DNA from: Candidatus Zixiibacteriota bacterium | Lineage (GTDB): Bacteria > Zixibacteria > MSB-5A5 > GN15 > FEB-12 | Direction of reading: 5' to 3' | DNA: 64,000 nt | Assembly: GCA_049290195.1 (NCBI GenBank) | Contig: JBATNE010000036.1 | Span: forward strand, 401 to 64,400 | Shown: in pieces, positions 18,067 to 27,800 of the stretch | Layout of the letters: each line of letters opens with the position of its first letter | Position numbering within the stretch: the first letter of the stretch is position 1 | Program-made: the position numbers and the translations under genes | Notes under the pieces: generated by a model | What the model saw: the letters and a program-made list of their open reading frames with translations, nothing else | Databases searched by the model: none | Told to the model about the DNA's origin: nothing

Positions 18067-18354
18067 ATGAAGCTATCACGTCTACTCACAATCATCCTGA
18101 GCATCAGTTTCATTTGCGGAATTGGTATGGCTCTCACTGCTCCGACCGCCATCGCCAGCGGTAGCGATCCCTGTGACCAGAGCTGCTGGTCTAATTATTG
18201 CGGCGATCCGTGTGGCCCGGGCCTCTTGAACAACTATGTGGTCCGCTGCTTTCCGCAGCCCGGTCTTGCCTGCCCGAATCCAGGACGGTTCTTTGGACTC
18301 TACCACTCCTGTTGCGTTAACATCGGGTGTACTGCCTGCATTAGCATAGATTAG
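18067..18354 (+). CDS. Secreted Cys-rich small protein (10 Cys in a 65-aa predicted mature part)
   Basis: Strong RBS (GGAGG, 6-nt spacer) and a Sec-type signal ending AIA|SG. The mature part is Cys/Gly/Pro-rich (C-x3-C-x4-C-x3-C ... CC-x4-C-x2-C). I recognise no family. Confidence 0.6.
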   Translation: MKLSRLLTIILSISFICGIGMALTAPTAIASGSDPCDQSCWSNYCGDPCGPGLLNNYVVRCFPQPGLACPNPGRFFGLYHSCCVNIGCTACISID

Positions 18355-18404
18355 GTCCTAGTCCGGTTCTTTAGTATCAACCTTAACCAAGACTTTTCGG
18401 CCAT

Positions 18405-18436
18405 GGAAGGCCTGAAAAATCCGGGCCTTCCGTTTT
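18405..18436 (+). terminator. Rho-independent terminator after the Cys-rich peptide gene
   Basis: GGAAGGCC-N11-GGCCTTCC followed by GTTTTAAT. Confidence 0.65.
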
Positions 18437-18571
18437 AATCCGACCCACACTGTTGGCCAATGCCTCTTATCGGGCTTACTTACATTTCTCCACAAAATCG
18501 GTACCAAATCGCGCCAGAAGCTGACTTCAGCGGTGTATATGGAGGACACTATGAACAAGGAAGAATTATAC

Positions 18572-18642
18572 CCGATTCAGTCAGTGGGAATTGGGGTTCG
18601 TGGAACAAAGTAAATATCTGAAACGAACCCAATTCAGATCGG
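18572..18642. repeat. Long imperfect hairpin in an orphan non-coding region
   Basis: Outer stem CCGAT/ATCGG and inner stem GAATTGGGGTTCG/CGAACCCAATTC (one bulged G). Confidence 0.5.
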
Positions 18643-18787
18643 ACTCGAAAACGCGTAAGTATTTGAATTTCAACCACTGCCGTCAAAATACGGTCCGATG
18701 CCAATTGGCTTCGTTTGGCTTCCTTCGCAATTCCGGTAGAGCACATCCTTTGTTGGAGAGGAGCGCCCCTGCTAATGGGTAGGAACG

Positions 18788-18832
18788 GGCACACCTGTCC
18801 CTCGACGCAGTCGAAGGGACGAGCCGTGTGCC
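18788..18832. repeat. Nested GC hairpin unit
   Basis: GGCACAC..[GTCCCTCGAC-GCA-GTCGAAGGGAC]..GTGTGCC. The inner unit shares AGTCGAAGG with the 19027-19052 unit. Confidence 0.55.
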
Positions 18833-18877
18833 GCGCACAGAATCGTCGGCCCGAGCTGAGCCCTGCAAAGCGAGGAG

Positions 18878-18895
18878 TCCCGCCTTTAAGCGGGA
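18878..18895. repeat. GC hairpin, family 2, copy 2
   Basis: TCCCGCCTTTAAGCGGGA has the same core as 14535-14554, with one loop difference. Confidence 0.6.
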
Positions 18896-19026
18896 TGAGA
18901 GCGGAGACGAGAACCGAGGAATGCCGTCAGGCGAAAGGAGTAGTGACCGTGCATCTCAAAACTTACCCTGGGGGTGGGCTGCTCGAAGTTCGTGAAGTTA
19001 GCCCCATACGATACTGTCATCCTGAG

Positions 19027-19052
19027 CGTAGTCGAAGGATGAGTGAAGCAGG
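19027..19052. repeat. GTCATCCTGAGCG...GGATGA hairpin unit
   Basis: TCATCC/GGATGA stem with a 14-nt loop. As I recall, it resembles a short repeat type common in environmental genomes. Confidence 0.5.
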
Positions 19053-19084
19053 AAAGGCGTCAGTACGAGTGGCGTCGAATCCCA

Positions 19085-19117
19085 GGAAAAAGCGGCCGGA
19101 CAAATTCATCCGGCCGC
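19085..19117 (-). terminator. Rho-independent terminator after the epimerase gene
   Basis: GCGGCCGGA-N8-TCCGGCCGC (9-bp stem) followed on the minus strand by TTTTT. Confidence 0.8.
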
Positions 19118-19143
19118 ACATTGACGATTGATTGTGACTGGAC

Positions 19144-20079
19144 CTAGTGCTTGTTCTTAAAGAACTCCACCGTCTTGTGCAATCCGTCGACAAAGCTGAC
19201 GGTCGGCTTGTACCCTTGTGCCTTGATCTTGTCGATACCGGCATACGAATGCTTGATGTCGCCGATCCGCGCCGGCTCGTACCGGGCCGGAATCGATACG
19301 TTCAGGATCTTGCGAAGCTCCTTCAGCAGATCATTCAGCGTAAACTGCGCGCCGCACGCGACATTGAACGCCTGTCCAACCATGCCATCGGCCTGGGTCG
19401 CCAAAAGATTCGCCTGAACGCAGTTGTCGATGAAGGTAAAGTCGCGGGACTGCTCGCCGTCACCATAGACGATCGGCTGCTCCCCCTTCATGAACGCCAC
19501 CGTGAAGCGCGGAATGACCGGTGCATACTCAGACTTCGGACTCTGGTACGGTCCGAAAATATTGAAATACCGGAGCGCTACCGTCGGAAACTTGTACAGC
19601 TGCCAGTACACCTGGCAATAATACTCGTTGGTCAGCTTGGTGATGGCATACGGTGAGAGCGGACTCGGCACCATGCTCTCCACCTTGGGGAGAACTTCCG
19701 ATTCGCCGTACACCGATGACGACGATGCCGTCACGAACCGCCTGACGCCGGCGTGGCGCGATGCTTCAAGCATATTGAGCGTACCGTCAATATTGACGGC
19801 GTTCGATGTCACCGGGTTGTCGACTGACCGCGGCACCGATGGCAGCGCCGCCTGGTTGAGAACGAAATCGACTCCCTTGACCGCGCGGGTCACGGTCCAG
19901 TAGTCCCGAATGTCGCCGTCGATCAACTCGATCCGCGACGCTATATCTTCGAGATTCTCGAGCGTACCCGATGAAAAATTATCCAGAACGCGGACCTTGT
20001 GTCCGTCCGCCAGAAGCTTGCGGGCTATATTGGAGCCGATAAAACCGGCTCCCCCGGTGATCAGATATTGCATGCCCAT
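19144..20079 (-). CDS. NAD-dependent nucleotide-sugar epimerase/dehydratase (WbpP/TviC-like SDR)
   Basis: ITGGAGFIGSN Rossmann motif and YAITKLTNE (YxxxK). The start may be the third codon (MQYLITGG). Confidence 0.8.
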   Translation of the reverse strand: MGMQYLITGGAGFIGSNIARKLLADGHKVRVLDNFSSGTLENLEDIASRIELIDGDIRDYWTVTRAVKGVDFVLNQAALPSVPRSVDNPVTSNAVNIDGTLNMLEASRHAGVRRFVTASSSSVYGESEVLPKVESMVPSPLSPYAITKLTNEYYCQVYWQLYKFPTVALRYFNIFGPYQSPKSEYAPVIPRFTVAFMKGEQPIVYGDGEQSRDFTFIDNCVQANLLATQADGMVGQAFNVACGAQFTLNDLLKELRKILNVSIPARYEPARIGDIKHSYAGIDKIKAQGYKPTVSFVDGLHKTVEFFKNKH

Positions 20080-20286
20080 CCGTTTCGGTTACATGTGCCT
20101 AATTAGATTGTCGGCCTGGTTGTCAGGCCCTTTAACACGTAATCGGGCAATCGGTTCGCCACAATGTGGACTGGCCACTCGTCGGCCCGAACGCTCTGGT
20201 CTTGCCCGCAACGCCGGGATAGTAGCTCTGCTCAACGAATATGTAAAGGTTGTTCTCCGGAAATGAACCGTTGCCCACGGCCCGCC

Positions 20287-20877
20287 TCAGGGGCAGGTAG
20301 CCACCGGGACCCCGGAGGAAAGGAACAAGACCAGGCGAGAGAGATCGGAAAGGTCAACGACGCCGTTGGCGGAGCCGTCAACGTTCGCTTCTTCAGTACA
20401 GATTGTGTAGAACGATGCAGCCGCAGGGCTTTGCAGGTACTGGACAAGAAGCATCAGGTCGGAAAGATCTGTACGGCCATCGAGTGATCCATTGATATTG
20501 CCGGTCATGCCGGCGCAGATACCAGTACACGTCGTCTTGACGGCGTTGTTGGACAGGGATGACCAATTGGGCTTGGAGTCGGCGGTCTTGAGGGCGAAAT
20601 AGTAGGTGATACCCGGGAGCAGTCCGTTGATCTTCAATAATTCCCTGTTCCCCGCAGGCTTGGGTACAGGAGGGCTGGTGACCTTGGTCGCCAATGCCCA
20701 GTTCGCGTCCGTTATCGGCACTGTGGAATACCGAATGTCATAGGCGGTCGCTTGACCTACCATGCCATTATTGCCGGGCGCGGTCCAACTCAGCGTTACC
20801 GATGCCGCGATCACATCAGATACACATAGCGGAACGATTGTTAGCCACAGAAGTAAAATGAAACTTCTTCGCATCAA
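20287..20877 (-). CDS. Secreted FN3-like domain protein with a dockerin-like C-terminal pair of Ca-binding repeats
   Basis: Signal peptide, then the FN3 signature LSWTAPGNNGMVGQATAYDIRYS. The tail has two repeats: GNINGSLDGRTDLSDLMLLVQYL and ANVDGSANGVVDLSDLSRLVLFL. Confidence 0.65.
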   Translation of the reverse strand: MMRRSFILLLWLTIVPLCVSDVIAASVTLSWTAPGNNGMVGQATAYDIRYSTVPITDANWALATKVTSPPVPKPAGNRELLKINGLLPGITYYFALKTADSKPNWSSLSNNAVKTTCTGICAGMTGNINGSLDGRTDLSDLMLLVQYLQSPAAASFYTICTEEANVDGSANGVVDLSDLSRLVLFLSSGVPVATCP

Positions 20878-21121
20878 TATCGAAAGACCACAAAACTCCT
20901 GGAGTAGGTTGAAGTACTCATCGAAGTAGACCTGTGGACGAAGGTATGCGCTTCAAGTTCGAGATGCAAGTTCTAAAATGGCTAAGTTCAGTCTAAGATA
21001 ATGCGAGTCTCACACACTCACTCGTTCGGCCGTGCCGACCATGTCCACCTTGCATGGCAACGAGTTAGTGGTGACGGAAAACGGGCTCTGGGAGCAGATT
21101 CTGCGCCCTGACGAGCGCGCC

Positions 21122-21150
21122 AAAAAAAAAGGCCCGCATTGAGCGGGCCC
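21122..21150 (-). terminator. Rho-independent terminator after the chain-length determinant gene
   Basis: GGCCCGC-ATTGA-GCGGGCC followed on the minus strand by a 9-T run. Confidence 0.8.
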
Positions 21151-21172
21151 TGTTGTCTTTAGTATGCGACGT

Positions 21173-22693
21173 CTACTTCATGACGTCCTTCACGAAGTCA
21201 ATATGGGGCGCTACCCCAATGACCCGAAGACCGAGGAACTCTTCGACATCCTCAACATGTTTGAAGGACTTGTCCATGAGTTCAAGCAGAAGTACCGCCG
21301 CACCGCCGACCACCAGACCCATGAGAATACCCATGGCGATGATCTTCTTGCGGTTCGGTGAAAACGGCTGCATCGGCAGCTTGGCCGGCTCGATCACTTT
21401 GTACTTGGGTACCGACGCATCGCCGAGCAACGCCTGAGAGATATTGGAGGTCTGCTGCTGGGACTTGAACTTTTCCAAGAGCTGGGTTGCCTGAGCTATT
21501 TCTCTGTTGAGCCGCTCAAGAGTGGACTGATACTCCGGGATCAGACGAAGGCGATTGCGCAACTGATCCAGCGCCGCCACCAGATTGGTCTTCTTGCTGT
21601 AGGCATAATCGAGATTGGTGCGATTGTTGAAGCGTGCAACCAGCAGTCCGCGGGCGTTCTCGTCGAGAGAAGCAAACTGGTCGTTCACCAGCCTCTTGTT
21701 CTCAAGAGCTATCCGCTTGAGTAACGCGTCATGACGAAGTTTGGCGTTGATGATCTGCGGGTCGGACCATGGATACTTGGTGGCCAGATCCCCCATGGCG
21801 TTTACCTGCTCTTCAAGGTCGGACTTGGTCTGCTTGTTGTCGTCGGACTCCTTGAGGACGAGCTTGTCGACCGGTGTCGTGACGGTGGCCTGCAGCTGCC
21901 CCAGGACTGTGCGGGCCTCGTTCTCAAGATCGGAAATGTCGTCGTTGGCCCGATCGATTTCTGCCTGAAGGTCCCGGCGGTTGGCTTCGGAAATGATGGT
22001 CTGATCCTGCTGCTTGCTCAGGAACTTGGCTTCGAAATCGGTCTTCTCCTGAACCTTCTGCTGGACCATGGTTTCGTACTTCTGGAGCTGAACGTCGGAG
22101 AAGTCCTGCGACGAACGTATGGATGCCATCTCCGCCCGGATGCGTTCGCTGACGAAAATGTCGCCGACCGTATTGGCAATGTTGCGCGCCTCAGATGGCG
22201 AAGTCGATTCCACCGTCAGCTTCATCTGATCCGATGCTGCAAAGGCAACGGTAATCTGATCCTGAAGCTTGGACTGAAGTAGATAGAGAACCACATCCTC
22301 TTCGCTCAGTTCAGACCGCGATGCCGCCAACTTGCGTGCCGCCTCCTTGATGTACGGCTGATCCAGCAGGCCGAGCTTCTCGCCGATCTTCTTGACATAG
22401 TCGGTGGACGTGATCTCGTTGAAGATCCCGCGAAGTTCATCCTGCTTGGCGGCGTTGCTCCGCTCGCGGTTATCGGTCTCCATCCCCAGCATTCGCTGGA
22501 GATCGGAGTTCAAGTGGATATTGGGATCGATCGAAATGATCGTAAAGGACTGATACTTGGGCGAAAGGAAATAGGACCCGCCGATGACGATGATCGTCAC
22601 GACAATCCAGGGGAGGATAATCATCCACTTTCGCTTGAGCAGGATTCGAAGGATGTCACCGACATCTACGCCTCTGGGCTGGAGAGTAGCCAT
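21173..22693 (-). CDS. Polysaccharide chain-length determinant (Wzz/GumC-type, no kinase domain)
   Basis: N-terminal Wzz region (ILRILLKRKWMIILPWIVVTIIVIGGSYFLSPKY), a long coiled-coil middle and a C-terminal TM segment IIAMGILMGLVVGGAAVLLLE. No Walker motifs. Confidence 0.75.
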   Translation of the reverse strand: MATLQPRGVDVGDILRILLKRKWMIILPWIVVTIIVIGGSYFLSPKYQSFTIISIDPNIHLNSDLQRMLGMETDNRERSNAAKQDELRGIFNEITSTDYVKKIGEKLGLLDQPYIKEAARKLAASRSELSEEDVVLYLLQSKLQDQITVAFAASDQMKLTVESTSPSEARNIANTVGDIFVSERIRAEMASIRSSQDFSDVQLQKYETMVQQKVQEKTDFEAKFLSKQQDQTIISEANRRDLQAEIDRANDDISDLENEARTVLGQLQATVTTPVDKLVLKESDDNKQTKSDLEEQVNAMGDLATKYPWSDPQIINAKLRHDALLKRIALENKRLVNDQFASLDENARGLLVARFNNRTNLDYAYSKKTNLVAALDQLRNRLRLIPEYQSTLERLNREIAQATQLLEKFKSQQQTSNISQALLGDASVPKYKVIEPAKLPMQPFSPNRKKIIAMGILMGLVVGGAAVLLLELMDKSFKHVEDVEEFLGLRVIGVAPHIDFVKDVMK

Positions 22694-23046
22694 AAACTCC
22701 TTTGGATACTATGAGAAATTTGCCTCGTCCTCGGCCAACCCTCCCATCAATCGGGGGCCGATCGGCAGAGGAAAGTATGCCTGCTCATTGAGCGGCACAA
22801 GGGCTTTCTTTCTCTTATACAGTAGGTTATCGGCCTGGTGCCCGTATTCTCCAACGCCAGAGGCACCATTCATCCGGGGGTCGCGCTGGCCCTTGGGACC
22901 CACCTTGGCCCCTGATAAAACTGGGCTGGCAGGCAAAAATGGTTGCGTATGGCGTAAGGAATCCCGTAGATTCGACGACCATAACCTTAAGGCTCAGTTG
23001 AAGTTCACCTAGAGCCTATTTCTGCAATAAAGGAAACGGACCACGG

Positions 23047-24147
23047 ATGGCGAAAAAAATCGATCTCATTGTTGGGGCACGCCCCAATTTTATGAAGGCT
23101 GCCCCCCTCTTGAGGTAACTTAAAAAAAGCGGCTCGGGGTTCAGCCCCAGGCTTGTGCATACCGGCCAACACTATGATCCAAAGATGTCCAAGCTGTTCT
23201 TTGACGATCTCGGCATGGAGCCGCCGGATGTTTTTCTCGGCGTCGGATCCGGGACGCACGCGGAGCAAACGGCAAGGATCATGGTTGAATACGAAAAGAC
23301 AGCTCTGGCTGAAAAGCCCGACCTCGTGGTGGTATTCGGCGATGTCAATTCAACCATGGCGACGGCGATCGTTGCGGCCAAACTCTGGATACAGATCGCC
23401 CATGTCGAAGCCGGCCTTCGAAGTTTTGACAATCAGATGCCCGAAGAGATCAACCGAATCGTCACGGACCGTCTGTCCAATTACCTGTTTGTAACCGAAC
23501 CGTCAGGGCTCAAGAATCTGAAGGCTGAAGGGGTTCCGGAGGAAAAAATATTCTTTGCCGGCAACATCATGATCGATTCGCTCATTGCGAGCCTCGATGC
23601 CTGCCAGAAATCGACCGTCCTGACCGACCTCTCGCTTACTCCGGGGAACTACGTCTGCATGACGCTCCACCGACCGTCGAACGTCGACAACCCGGAGCGG
23701 CTGCGTGAACTTCTGGAGATGATCATTCAGATCGCCAAACAGATTCCTATTGTGTTCCCGTGTCATCCGCGTACCAAAAAAGAAATGGCCCAACTCGGTA
23801 TGTTGGATCGCGTCTCGGGCGATCGCCTGAAAGTAGTTGAACCGCTCGGATATCTCGATTTCCTGAGACTGCAGTCATCGTGCAAATTCGTACTGACCGA
23901 TTCGGGCGGTATCCAGGAAGAGACTACCTATCTCAGGATTCCCTGCATAACCATGCGCGAGAGCACAGAACGACCGGTCACGGTCGATGTCGGCAGTAAC
24001 GTGCTAACTGGGCCGTATCCGGAAAAGGTGCTCGAAGCCGTCAAACAGATTCTCTCGGGGAAGCACAAAGAGGGAAAGATTCCCGAACTCTGGGACGGCA
24101 GGACCGCAGTCCGGATAAGTGAAACACTGAGGAAAGTGCTCGCTTGA
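23047..24147 (+). pseudogene. wecB: UDP-N-acetylglucosamine 2-epimerase (WecB-type) interrupted by an in-frame TAA at codon 24
   Basis: ATG 23047 encodes MAKKIDLIVGARPNFMKAAPLLR, then TAA (23116-23118). The same frame continues LKKSGSGFSPRLVHTGQHYD... through DSGGIQEE to the stop at 24147. The ORF track only starts at GTG 23155. Confidence 0.7.
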
Positions 24148-24164
24148 AAGCGGGAGTGACTGCT

Positions 24165-24827
24165 ATGAAAGTCCGGCTCATTCAGAAACCGATAACGGAT
24201 CTTGAGATAACCAAACATCTCGAAGCCGCACGGTCCGATGCTGTGGGGCTGGTGTGCTTTGGAGAACTCGGAGGGACCGGGTGCCTGTATCAGCGCCGTG
24301 ATGTTCCGTCGGAAGAACACTGGCTGGATCTCTCACGCACGTATCCGTCGCTTCAGATCATGATTGGAGCGGCAGTTCGGCGGGCAGATGGACTCCACAA
24401 CAGCTACCTGTATCTGAGAAATGGACAATGCCAGGCGTACGATAAGATCAACCTGTTCCCCGGAATGGGAGAAGACAAGGTGTACCTCCCCGGCACAATT
24501 CCGACCATTTGGGAGACTCCATTTGGCCTGACCGGCATAACCATCTGCTACGATGTCCGCTTCCCCGAACTCTATGTCGAGCTGAAGAGACTGGGAGCTA
24601 CAACTGTTCTTGTTCCTGCCGCTTTTCCCAGAGTACGGATTGGAGATTGGAATGATCTATTGGTTCAACGAGCCAGAGAGAGCAGTATCCGCATCGTAGG
24701 AATCAATTCAGTTGGTGACGACGGCACGAATCTATTCGGAGGAAGTACGGCAGTCATAGAATCAGACGGCACGCTGAGATTCCGGATGAATGACACCGGG
24801 TCAGTTACTATTGATTTTGACGTATAG
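24165..24827 (+). CDS. Carbon-nitrogen hydrolase (nitrilase superfamily)
   Basis: Catalytic-Cys region GITICYDVRFPEL and Glu region VCFGELGGTG. It starts 18 nt after the wecB stop. Confidence 0.75.
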   Translation: MKVRLIQKPITDLEITKHLEAARSDAVGLVCFGELGGTGCLYQRRDVPSEEHWLDLSRTYPSLQIMIGAAVRRADGLHNSYLYLRNGQCQAYDKINLFPGMGEDKVYLPGTIPTIWETPFGLTGITICYDVRFPELYVELKRLGATTVLVPAAFPRVRIGDWNDLLVQRARESSIRIVGINSVGDDGTNLFGGSTAVIESDGTLRFRMNDTGSVTIDFDV

Positions 24828-24873
24828 ATGCTTACTTGAGGAAATACCTGGTGAGGTTTTTGAGCGAACCGCG

Positions 24874-27800
24874 TTATGGTAACACAACTATCTTTCCGCG
24901 AGTCGCGGAATCTTCCAAATACCACATATAGGTCCCGGGTGCCACTCTATTGCCTGACTCGTTCTGGCCGGTCCAGGTGACATCGCCGGCGGGCAGATTG
25001 GTCCACCGTTTGATAACTTCACCGGACACGGATGTAATCAGAAGATTGGATCCCTGAGGAACGTCGGCGAAAGTGACCTGTCCTGCCAGCGAGATGCTGA
25101 ACGGATTGGGATAGGCGAACGTTTCCGGCTTGACGGTAAAATACGAAGTCTCGCCAAACTCCTGATCGTCGACGCGAACATGCCAGTAATATTGAGCCGC
25201 CGAGAGCCGATCGGCCGGCATCCATGACGTGACTTGCTGTCCTTCGGTTACGTTTGTAGACTGCGCCACTACCTGCGTGAACCCGCTGTCGCGGGCCACC
25301 TCAAAAAAATACGTGTGCGGACCTGGAACCGCACACGTTGTATTTTGGACCGTCATAGTAGGGTGGGAGACTGCCACCTGTCCCCCTATCGGTGGACTGA
25401 CAGTTTCGGCGAAACAGACCTCGCCTCCCGTCGAAATGGTCGTCTTCGTTGTCGCCGAAGAGACATTCGAGAGCGGAGTATAGTTGCCGGCGCTGTCGAA
25501 GGCCTTGACGCCGAGCCAGTACTTCACACCCTCAAGAAGTCCGTTGGAGGCGGTAAGCACCAACTGCTGGGTTCCGCCGGCACTCACCGGAACGACCAGA
25601 TCACCCACCTGATGAACGGCAGCTGTGGGCCAGATTGATTCAGTGATTGAATCACGGGCATAACCGACTTCGTAGCCGGCCACCTTGCCAGTATTTCCAT
25701 TGCCACCGGGGGCAGCCCAGGTCACCACCAGCTGCGCCGGATTGGTTCCGGCTACGCAACTGACAGACGAAATAGTGGCCGGGGGTATGGTATCAGTTGC
25801 AACCACCTGGGGAGTTGCGACAGCCGATGGTACGTTGGAGACCGGTGAATAATTATTGGCGCTGTCATAGGCTTTCAGAGCCACCCAATATTTCGTTCCG
25901 GCAACGAGTCCATGAGTGGAATTCAAGGTGAAGCTCTGAGCCGATCCCACTGCACCTGGCGTAACCGGATTGTTCAATTTGGTAACTGAAACCGTACCCC
26001 AGGTGGCGGTCGTAATGGAATCGACTGAAAAACCAATCTGATATCCGGCGGCTCTGCCGGTGTTACCATTGCCACCCGGCGCGTGCCATGTGAGGATCAA
26101 CTGGCCGGGCGCAGATCCGGGGGTACAACCGAGATCTATCGTCTTTGCAGGCGGGACCGTATCGTCGACAATAGTCACGGTGCCTGTCGCGCGAGAAATT
26201 GTCCCGATGCTCGCGTTGGAAATCGTAACGGTAAATGTTTCATTCGCATCAGCAATCGCATCCGGGAGGGTCACAACAGGTACGGTTGTAGTCAGCTGAC
26301 CGGCGGTTATTGTATACGTCTGATTACTAATAGCGGTAAAGTCGGTGCCGCTGGTAGCAGTGCCGCTGGCCGTGGATGCACGAAACGTGAGATTACTCGA
26401 CTGGGCTCTCGATACTGTCACTAGAACGCTGGCAGTGCCACCTTCAGGAACGGAAGCATTGCTGATGTAGATTGAATCAGTGGTAGGTGCCGAGTCATCG
26501 TTCAAGATTGTCCCGGCTCCGGTCGCTCTGGAAATAGTCCCCAGGCTCTGACTGGAGATAGTCACCGCAAAAGTCTCATTGGCTTCGACCGTGGCATCCT
26601 GAGTCGTGACGACCGGAATGGTTGTCGAGAGCTGACCGGCGGCGATCGTATACAGCTGGTTGCTGATGGCGGTGAAGTCTGTTCCGCTGGTAGCCGTACC
26701 ACTGGCAGTGGATGCGCGGAATGTCAGATTGGTCGCCAGCACTTTGGAAAGGGCAACCGTGACATTGGCAGTGCCACCCTCGGTGACAGAGGCGTCGCCG
26801 ATTGAAATCGTCGTGTCTGCCGGACCGTTGTTTGCCAGGACCGTATCACGGGAGAAGATCTGGAAGTGCGCGTTTCCTATTTTGATGACCGTGCCACCCG
26901 GCAACGGGGCATCCCACTTCACCGCATGCGAACGGCTTCGAAGAGGGTACCAGTTAACCGAGGCGCTTCCCGGAAGGGTAACATTGACGCCGGTTCCAGA
27001 GGTGTCATACGAGCTCGTCCCGCGGCCAATACGACCGATCGAGAGAGTCAGCGTATCAGTGGTACCCGGTTTCAAGAAGATTGCCTTGTCAATTCGGTAG
27101 GCCTGGCTTGAACCATCGGTGCCGGTCTGCGACGTATCAATCACGCCGGAAGGATCGCCGAAGTATTTGCCCCAGGCATAGCTCCAGAGGGCGGTGGTAT
27201 CCTGAAGAACGACGCCGCTGATGTCGCGAGCATAGTTCCAATAGAAGTCGGTTTGACCATTCTTCAAGCAAGGAAGGAAAAACAGGTCAGTGCGACCATA
27301 GGGATTGATCGTTGACTTGTTGAGCACTGAAATATCAAGCATGAATCCGAGGGCAGTCATCTGACTGCGGTCCAGTGAGTGTCCCTGCTGAGTCTGATCG
27401 TATTGACCCACACGTATCCACATGTAGCCCATCTGGCGTGCAAAGTCGCGCGTGGCGACCATTTGCTGCATGAAGACACGGCAATTGCTGTAGTAGTTGC
27501 CATCGCCGGGATACTGATAGGTATACTCGCCCTGAGCGGTTGCTTTGGCCAAGCGAACCATCGGCGCAATCTCAGTGGTCCACTGGTTCCAGTAACCGGG
27601 AATACTGCCGCCGTTGGCCGACGTGTTCATGAAGTAGATGCGTCCGCGGACATTGACGAGAGAGTCAGTCATGGCTTTGAACCAGTTCAACGTATCCCAC
27701 TTGCGAAGGCTGTCGCGGCCGTTATAGAAATTGGCCTGAGACACTCCGAAGGGCTTCTTGAAATTGTCCCATCCGGAAACCCAGTAGTTGGATTCGCGCA

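Noticed and set aside
18517-18525. GAAGCTGAC, which resembles the 5' end of bacterial RNase P RNA.
   Set aside because: None of the conserved RNase P core elements (for example GGAAAGTCCGGGC or the GGTAAGAGCGCACC-type region) follow it.
18358-18558. 66-aa minus-strand ORF in the orphan region.
   Set aside because: It has a TTG start, no Shine-Dalgarno and no recognisable family, and it overlaps the plus-strand terminator hairpin.
18551-18613. 20-codon mini-ORF with a GGAGG RBS ending inside a long hairpin, considered as a leader-peptide attenuator.
   Set aside because: No plus-strand gene lies downstream for more than 4 kb, so an attenuator role has no target. It is kept only as a note within the orphan-region finding.
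22709-22936. 75-aa ORF 15 nt upstream of the chain-length determinant gene, considered as a possible remnant of a Wza/OPX gene.
   Set aside because: I could not recognise any OPX/SLBB motif and it is too short for an exporter. Coding status is undecided; it needs an HMM search and a conservation check.
23116-23118. TAA inside wecB read as a sense codon (alternative genetic code or programmed readthrough).
   Set aside because: TAA clearly terminates other well-defined genes in the window (2211-2213, 55425-55427). A nonsense mutation or a sequencing error is more parsimonious.
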